From assembly GCA_951406725.2 (NCBI GenBank), contig OX597832.1, forward strand, positions 10,106,001 through 10,170,000: a stretch of 64,000 bases of DNA. The letters are read 5' to 3'. Source of the DNA: Octopus vulgaris (lineage: Eukaryota). Positions 56,100-64,000 of this stretch are shown one piece after another. The notes under the pieces are model-generated. The model saw only the letters and a list, made by a program, of their open reading frames with translations. It searched no databases and was not told where the DNA came from. The position numbers and the translations under genes are program-made. Position 1 is the stretch's first letter; each line of letters begins with the position of its first letter.

Positions 56100-56330
56100 C
56101 ATATTATATTCTCCCTCGTTTTTCTTTCTCTTTTGTTCCCTCATCACTTTTCCATTCAGTCGCTTATGTGGAAGAACGTAGGTTTGAAACATCAAAGAAT
56201 TTTCCATTATTCCCGAGCGTCAAACAAATACACCAGGTTTTTTTTCCCTCAGCTATCTTCTGCTTTTGTTTTCTGTAAAGTTGAAATATATATCTATAGT
56301 TAAAATGTAAATAGAAAGGAGCTCCCACGT
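56100..56330 (+). mobile_element. Decayed copy related to the hammerhead module at 2090-2300
   Basis: gaagaacgtaggtttgaaacatcaaag..cccgagcgtcaaac. Confidence 0.45.
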
Positions 56331-56460
56331 AAATCCTAATGCATAGTAGGTAATTCCAATTACCCTCTGGCAAAATTTCGAGAAATTGAGAGTATTCGTC
56401 ACAAAAAACATAGTACTTATATACATCGATTTTCACTTTCAATGAAACAACATAACTGTT

Positions 56461-57760
56461 TCAAAGCTTGTGATAGAGCTTACCAAGAGTGGAACTAGCA
56501 CTCTCGATGCTGGACTGAATTGTTTTATCCATCTTAACATCACTGGACATAATGGACCGAAGATAATGGAAAGATGAAACGGTTTTTAATGCTTTTTCAT
56601 CAACATATAGAATAGGGGAAGCAGAAACAGCGGGAAGATGGTCACGATCAGGCTGATGGACAAGCTCAGTTTTCTTAATGCAGATGGCCAGACCAAAAAC
56701 ATTTGATTCACGCAAGAAATTATTTTCAATTAATTGCAGGTCTTCATGAGTGTGTGCTACAACTGCACAATCGTCTGCAAAGAACAAATCGAGAAGTGTT
56801 TGCACCGAAGTTTTAGTTTTTGCTTTGAAGCGCGGTTGGTAGAACAGGCCACCACTGGTTCTGTACTCCAACTTTACTACTTCTTTAACACTCTTGAATA
56901 CTGATTTGAGCCTGGCGGAGAAATAAAAGCAACTAAGAGCATTTGTGAATGTGAGTGAATCTGAAAATTCTCCGCTAGATCTAACAGAAAACATAATTAA
57001 GTTATGATAACATTAGCATGTTTACGTGTACACTTAGCTTTCTAGGGACAACCCCTAGATGTTGTGTCGAACGCTTTTGTTAGATATACGAATGATAACA
57101 AAAAATGTCTCGATTGTACTCACAAGCTTTTTCCTACAGTTACCCTAGGCTTCAAATCAAATCCACTGTGCCACTACCAGCCCAAACGCCACAATGAGAT
57201 TCAAACAACACAAATCTCGCAAGATATCATTTAGTCTGCTTAACATAACTCTTCCAAGGATCTTCCCGGCAACACACAAATGGGAGATAATTATATTCAT
57301 CCCATTCACATCTGTTTCGTTTGTGTTTATAAACATGGACATTACAAGAGTCTTGTAACCTTTGAGGGAATGATCCTGATTCCAAGATGAAAACTTTATC
57401 ACTTAATCTGTTCAGCAGGTGATTGTTACCACATTTATATATCTTAGCTTGTATGCCATCGTTCTCGGACCGCTCTCTATTCGTGAGCTGTTTTATGACC
57501 TTTTTCTCAACATATCATACACAGTTCTTCAAGTTGAGATATCTGTGGTAGATTGTTGATCCGTTCTTCATCAACAATTCAGTCGATATGCAAACAGTTT
57601 GAAACAAACAACTATTCGTGATCTCCTTTACGCGTGTGAAACGATTATCCTGAATTGATAGTATGGGAGATGAGCCACTAGTCACAGCTCCAAACATACC
57701 CTCTAAATTCCGATAGACTTGCTTAAGGCCACATGTCAGATTGGCCGGTATTTCTGGCCT
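56461..57760 (-). mobile_element. RTE/BovB LINE RT fragment, decayed
   Basis: VIKQL..DGIQAKIYKCG; GKILGRVMLSRL; LLDLFFADDCAVVAH; FGLAICIKKTE; FHYL.S. Confidence 0.9.
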
Positions 57761-58755
57761 TATTAATTTTGTTGCATTTTGTGATGTTATATTTGTTTGA
57801 TATCCATTCACAGTAGCAGTTGCGCATATTGACCAAAAGAGGAGAGATATTTTATAATTTGTGTCGAAGCAATATTGCTGCTTCTTCCTAAGTGTATCAC
57901 ATACATAAAAAAGGGGAAAATGTATATATAATAATACCAAAACGATTCATAAAAACAAGAAGAAATTCTCTTGAAGACAATATTGATATTTCCGAAAGAA
58001 TATGTACACAACGCTTTGAATGTGATTCAGAATTGGGAAAATTAGAATTTAACATATCAAATATGAAATATTACCAGTACACAAACGCCTACAAAAAGAA
58101 CACTTACAGGGAATTCAATATGGGTCTTTGGTACATATAACTATTTGTTACTACATTGGATAACGAATGACTAATAATGTATCAGTGTAATTTCATTGCA
58201 TTTGGAATACATTGTGGATGAGTTTAACAAAAATGCAGTAGATAAAATATATGGGGGATGAGAAGATAACCATTAGGTATTGATAATCGTAGAGTACAAA
58301 ACTTGAGGACAGAACACAGCAGTATATACATTGGATTACTGTTGCTGTAAACTGTTACTGTTCATAAATTAAAATTCCTATGGACAAAGTCGTACATAGG
58401 TATATACTAAACAACAATACATAATCACCAATTACCATATTAAATACTTTTACAGTAAAGAGAATATATTGCTTTCATTCTGACTATTATCATAAATACA
58501 TACATCAACGGTATCGCTTCATGATAAATACTTTTAAGAGCACTTAAATGAAACACAGTGGGGATTGGCAGATCACTATATCACTCTCCTTCTTACACTG
58601 AGTATTTGCGGTGGCATCCATTGACTTTGTTGTTTCCCCGAGAGATAAGATTTTAAGCGCGAGTCGGCACTCAATTATGCTAATGTATCTTGTAGCCACT
58701 TCTGTCAAGAGGTAAATTGATTGAATTATATTGTTAACATATGAGTACCTGTGTG

Positions 58756-58796
<41 letters not shown>

Positions 58797-58810
58797 ACAT
58801 TTATATATAT

Positions 58811-58872
<62 letters not shown>

Positions 58873-59373
58873 TCATACATACATTCTGTAGATATATAAT
58901 AGATACATATATGCATAGCTATATATGTACATATATCCATATATGTGTGTATGCAAATATATGTTTCCAGTCAATCAATTGCACGTGACTAGTTTAGGAC
59001 ATTGTACATGACTTATTATTCATTTGGTTGCCATACTTAAAGTACAGGAACACGACAGCTATACTCGTTAGTGGCTGCAAGGTCATTGGATATGACACCT
59101 TTTCAACACTTCTTATTTTCTGAAATATATTCCCTCCGCTCAGAGAACATTTACCCTCACATTTATTAACTGTTTAATACATATCCTAAGCAGATACTGC
59201 CTTTAATTATAGAATAGAAGATGAAAGAGTGCTCGAGAAATAATAATATTAACCATATGAGTTTTATTTAATATTCTTCCATGAAATTCATTTAAGTATA
59301 AGATATTTCGACTTGCATTTTATGATGAAAGCTGGCTTTGCTCAAAAGGTATCATAATAGGTATAATTAACGG

Positions 59374-59613
59374 TCAGAACAAAGGTGCTGTTAATGTATA
59401 TAGAAACTCAGCTGGCATAAAGAATTTTGTGCAAGCTTCAGTAACTAATACAGTGAGAACATGGACAACGAATGTCCACAACAAAGAGGCGCTACTCTTC
59501 ATCAACAATTCAGTCGATATGCAGAAAATCTGAAACAAACAGCTCTTCGTGATCTCCTTTACGCGTGTGAAGCGATTATCCTGAATTGATAGTATGGGAG
59601 ATGACAGAGCCAC
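59374..59613 (-). mobile_element. Internally deleted RTE derivative
   Basis: About 110 bp are nearly identical to 57565-57673 and are fused to a CPCSHC segment resembling the RTE C-terminal zinc motif. Confidence 0.65.
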
Positions 59614-59649
59614 TCCTTTATTGTTACATTTAATGATTATTTTTCAAAA

Positions 59650-60260
59650 AATCACATTGCTTCTTCCTCTCTTTCTCTCTCCCTTCTCCTCTCTCTCCCC
59701 TTTCCTCTCTTTCTCTCTCTCTTTCTCTCTGTGTCTATATATATGTTATCCCTATTTTTATTTCATTATTATTTCCCCATTATCATTTCATTTTTATTTC
59801 GTATTTGTTTATTTGCAATTCTTTATTCGTTATTCGTAACTTCTATTCGTATTTTTTACTCGCATTTTTTCTCTTTATTTTTTTTCCTTAAATATGTATT
59901 CCTTAAATTTTTATTCCTTGAATTTTTAATATTCAGCTATTATTTTAAATTATTATTTGTATTTCTATTCATTTGTATATGTTAAGTAAAATTATATTGA
60001 AGATAGAGAATATCATGGAGATATATAAGAGGTGGGGATAGTGAAAAATGTTGAGGAATTCAAACCTGAAGGTTTGGATGATGTCGACCCGATTAATCAA
60101 TACCGACGTACTTTCATGAAACACGTGTAATCTTATAAATGGAAAATACGGGATTCAGAATAGATATAGTAAGTATAAAATTTAATATTTAACATTTTAT
60201 TGTGTGGTCAGGTATAAAGTATTTCAGTGTTGATTGAGTTGAAGGTGGTTCTATCTCTAA
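59650..60260 (+). mobile_element. Penelope pLTR-like module with decayed hammerhead
   Basis: A pyrimidine tract precedes GGATGA..GAAA-cacgtg-TA (~60076-60130). It ends in gtggttctatctctaa before (TA)n. Confidence 0.45.
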
Positions 60261-60340
60261 AAACTATTTATATATATACATATATATATATACATAGAGA
60301 GAGAGAGAGAGAGATAAATAGATAGATAGAGATAGATAGG

Positions 60341-60402
<62 letters not shown>

Positions 60403-61293
60403 TACAAATCTGGGCACAAATATACACGTTCTGTCTTTTGTTTGATCGTGGGCCGACTGTGGTTTCTGGGCATGAGGAATATATTCTCATCAATTCGCCT
60501 GATGTTAAAATACCTAAATGTAATAGAGAAGCCAGATAGATCGCATAAGGTGCCGTTAGAGAAGTAGAGGACACTAATGTTTCGTTATGTTTGTGATTTG
60601 TCAATAAGGCTTACCCGAAACGAGGCAAGTTGTAAGCAAAATTACTGTCCATGACTATATGCAAAATAGTGTGATAAAGATTGCTAATATGTCCCAAAAT
60701 TTTATACCACGTAAAGAATTTGAATATGAGTGAGAATCAATACGAGGGATATAAACTACATCGAACACTCATATTTTAACCTGTAATCTCGTATAATGTG
60801 TTATACGACAGAATGTTTGTGCAACAGCCATCGATGAGTTTTCTCCCCCTCTGTGTATAGATTCTGAAGTAGATAGCAGATAATTTTACATTATCTACAC
60901 TTATTTTAGCTTACGATTTTGAATTGTGATGAACTCTCGAAAAAAAATCCTGTTTTTATTCATTCAAAACCTTTCCCTTATTAATTCTAATACAAACACG
61001 AATATCTTTGTTTTTCATTTTTTCTATGGCGATAAATTTCAGGATCGATAGTGCCGAATGTTTTCCCCTGTATTTTAAACAATTCACGCTAAATCCTCTG
61101 TGAAATGTCGTAACCTTTCGCTTACATCAGATGTATAATTCTTATTATAATTTAAGGCTTCGGATCAAAGGATCGTAAAAAGGTGAAAAAATAATCGCCA
61201 ACATATTCCAGTATTACAGCACGTGATGAAAATATTGCCGCCTATCTCTCCAGAGGAAATAAAATGCCTACAATGTAATGGATGTGAGGTTAT

Positions 61294-61526
61294 GTCTTTC
61301 TTTTCTAACCACAAGGGGTTAAACACAAAGGGGACAAACATGGACAGACAAGCGAATTAAGTCGATTACATCGACCCCAGTGCGTAATTGGTACTTAATT
61401 TATCGACCCCGAAAGGATGAAAGGTAAAGTCGACCTCAGCGGAATTTGAACACAGAATGTAACGGCAGACGAAACACCGCTACGCGTTTGGCCTGACGTG
61501 CTAACGTTTCTGCCACCTCGCCGCCC
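61294..61526 (-). mobile_element. SINE family B, full length, with 18-bp TSD
   Basis: Flanks ta(a/c)tgg(a/g)tgtgaggttat lie at 61276-61293 and 61527-61544. Confidence 0.9.
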
Positions 61527-61631
61527 TACTGGGTGTGAGGTTATCGAGTAAATACGTCCCATCGTTATGCTGGCACACAATCCTTGCCAACCACAACCAA
61601 AACCACCACCACTACCACTAACCCCCCACCA

Positions 61632-61714
<83 letters not shown>

Positions 61715-61732
61715 TTTAGTAGTAGTAGTAGT

Positions 61733-62262
61733 AGTGAGAGAGCAGTTCATGCTATCAAAGTGACACTGGGGTAAAATATACTACCCGTCTGACAAAGGTA
61801 CACTAGGCACATGCATCACAACCATATGTGCGCGAAATGGGGATCTCATATCAAGATAAACAGCACTTAGCGTTGCAGGTAGGGCCCAGTTAGAATTTTC
61901 TTCTGGTTGAGTAAGCTATCCCGCTCAAAAGTTCCCTGGATAAGGGTTGTTTAAGGATGTTGAAAGAAGCACCTATGTTTTCAGAGGTGAATTATTCAAG
62001 CTCCAAAGAATTTCTCTCAACACATGGCTATGATATTCCTTCACTACTTCTGCTTGTGATCAGAGATGCACATATCGTCAGCCACTAAGGGACATGCTCA
62101 AGTGGTTAATGTCAAACAACTGACAAGCAAATATGTGGTATTGAGCAGAATATTTGCTGTAGCCCCTCCTTTATACCAAGTCAAAACAATGTACATGATA
62201 ACACTTCCAATCAGTTAAGATCAGAAGCCACGAGAGCCTCTGCCACGTACTGCATCATGGCA
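61733..62262. mobile_element. Unclassified ~530-bp non-coding element flanked by TAA-type arrays
   Basis: Complex non-coding sequence bounded by trinucleotide arrays, with terminal hairpins at the right end. Confidence 0.5.
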
Positions 62263-62283
62263 TATATTATTATAATAATGATG

Positions 62284-62382
<99 letters not shown>

Positions 62383-62409
62383 GTTATTATTATTATCATT
62401 ATTATAATT

Positions 62410-62713
62410 ATATGTTTGATTTTTGCTTTACATTTGTACAAGCTGGCTCCAAGTCTCACCCAGAGACATCAGGAGACAACAAGTTGGAAGTTAATGTTGG
62501 TGTTATGACTAGGGTGCCATATATTTGGTTTTGTACTTATTGTTGTACTAGTGAATGCCTAAAAAAACCATCCGAAAATTAAGTTTGCTTTAAAACTTGA
62601 GATTACAAATAAAGTATTTTGCGTAGGGTATGAGCAGTTCCCATGAGCACTATCTTTTGAATTTCTGCCATTTTGGGGTTTCCTGGTATCTGAGTTAGGT
62701 AGTAATTAGCCCC

Positions 62714-62714
<1 letters not shown>
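62410..62714 (-). mobile_element. Dong LINE 3' end (same family as 29142-30790)
   Basis: IPGNPKMAEIQKIVLMGTAHTLRKIL and a homologous 3' UTR. Confidence 0.9.
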
Positions 62715-62805
<91 letters not shown>

Positions 62806-63006
62806 GTCATTTACTTTTAATCTGCATGTTTGATGCAATCACTTCCCGGGGCACACCCAGCGCCCAAGGGCAAGAGAAGGTTAAGAGTTGTTGAAATATA
62901 ACTGAAAGTTTGGGAAGGGGAAGTAGAGTAATATCTCCATGTAATACAACAGAAACATTTACATTGATAGGGTTGTAATACAGCACAAACAATTACTTTG
63001 ATAGGG

Positions 63007-63008
<2 letters not shown>
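62806..63008 (-). mobile_element. Probable Dong 3'-UTR-only insertion (another family)
   Basis: It is bounded by TAA arrays and carries the shared 3' stem-loop gggcgc-tgggt-gtgccc. Confidence 0.6.
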
Positions 63009-63060
<52 letters not shown>

Positions 63061-63063
<3 letters not shown>

Positions 63064-64000
63064 TAGTTTTATTTTTATAGCTTGCTTTCACTTCACTACC
63101 GAGCACAGCTCTGTGTGCCTTGGGTATGTGCTGTGATTTGTTGTGATGCTCTGATGGTTATTGTATGGAAAGTGTTCTGCGTAGGATGTGTGCAATGCCT
63201 AGTAGTGCAATTTTCTGTATGTTATATGTGTTTGTAAGTCCTGGTGTTTTTGTTATGTATTTGTCTGAATATTTTTTTATCATGCCTAATTCACCTACTA
63301 TGATAGGAATTGTTTCTCTTTTCAGATTCCACATTCTAGTTACCTCTATTTCCAGGTCTTTGTATTTTGAGAGTTTCTCCATTTCTTGTAGAGACACGTT
63401 ATCATCAGCCGGTATTGATACATCAATTAGAAAGCATTTTTTTCTTCATGATCTCTGACAACTATATCTGGTCTGTTGACCTTAATTTCTCTATCTGTGT
63501 GTATCGGCATATCCCAGAGTATGGTTGCTTTCTCGTTTTCTGTGACCTTTTCTGGTGTGTGCCTATACCATTTTTTTCTGTTGTTATTCCATAATGTTGG
63601 CATAGTTTCCAATGTATGTAGGTTCCAACGCTGTCATGTCTGTGAATATATTTTCCTTCTTAGCCAAGACTGGGCAGCTAGAGATAATAAGATTTATTGT
63701 TTCTTGTCCATCTCCACATATTCTGCAGTTACTTGTAATATTTCTTTTCATTACATGTTTTTGGTAATTTCTGGTGGGGAGGCTTTGGTCTTGTGCTGCA
63801 ATTAAAAATCCCTCTGTTTCTGCTTTGAGTCCTGAGCTTCTCAACCATTGCTGGGATTTTTCTTTGTCTATTTCTTTTGCGTTTAGTTTAGTCCAGTATT
63901 TACCATGAAGGGGCTTTTCTTGCCATCGTTTTATCATGGTTCGTTGCTGTTCTATTTTTAGTTTGGATTTCATTTGTTTTATAGCTTTTGTTGTTTCGTC
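63061..64000 (-). mobile_element. Dong LINE (third family), RLE region, running off the window end
   Basis: WQEKPLHGKY, LKAETEGFLIAAQDQ, CRICG, ILWDMPIHTD..NRPDIVV and KLSKYKDLEIE, with frameshifts. Confidence 0.95.

Overview
This is AT-rich eukaryotic DNA dense in (TA)n, (CA)n, (GA)n and (TAA)n microsatellites. I found no supportable host protein-coding exon, tRNA or rRNA gene, and most listed ORFs are microsatellite read-throughs. The repeat families resemble those I recall from octopus (coleoid cephalopod) genomes; that assignment is an inference. The window looks like intergenic or intronic transposon debris. It contains R4/Dong-type RT+RLE LINEs inserted in TAA arrays (one nearly intact), RTE and CR1 LINE fragments, a decayed Penelope-like RT, BEL/Pao and Gypsy remnants, a maT/mariner fragment, a probable hAT relic, non-autonomous Helitrons, a palindromic MITE and three tRNA-derived SINE families. 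The most interesting signals are RNA-structural. (i) A 143-bp fold-back element at 43294-43436 carries a minimal type-I hammerhead ribozyme with a compensatory U3:A8 core variant at its apex. (ii) About seven further intact or decayed minimal hammerheads lie in short Penelope-pLTR-like modules next to (TA)n tracts. (iii) A covarying 3'-UTR stem-loop is shared by five Dong-like 3' ends. All calls come from reading the sequence by eye; no searches were run.
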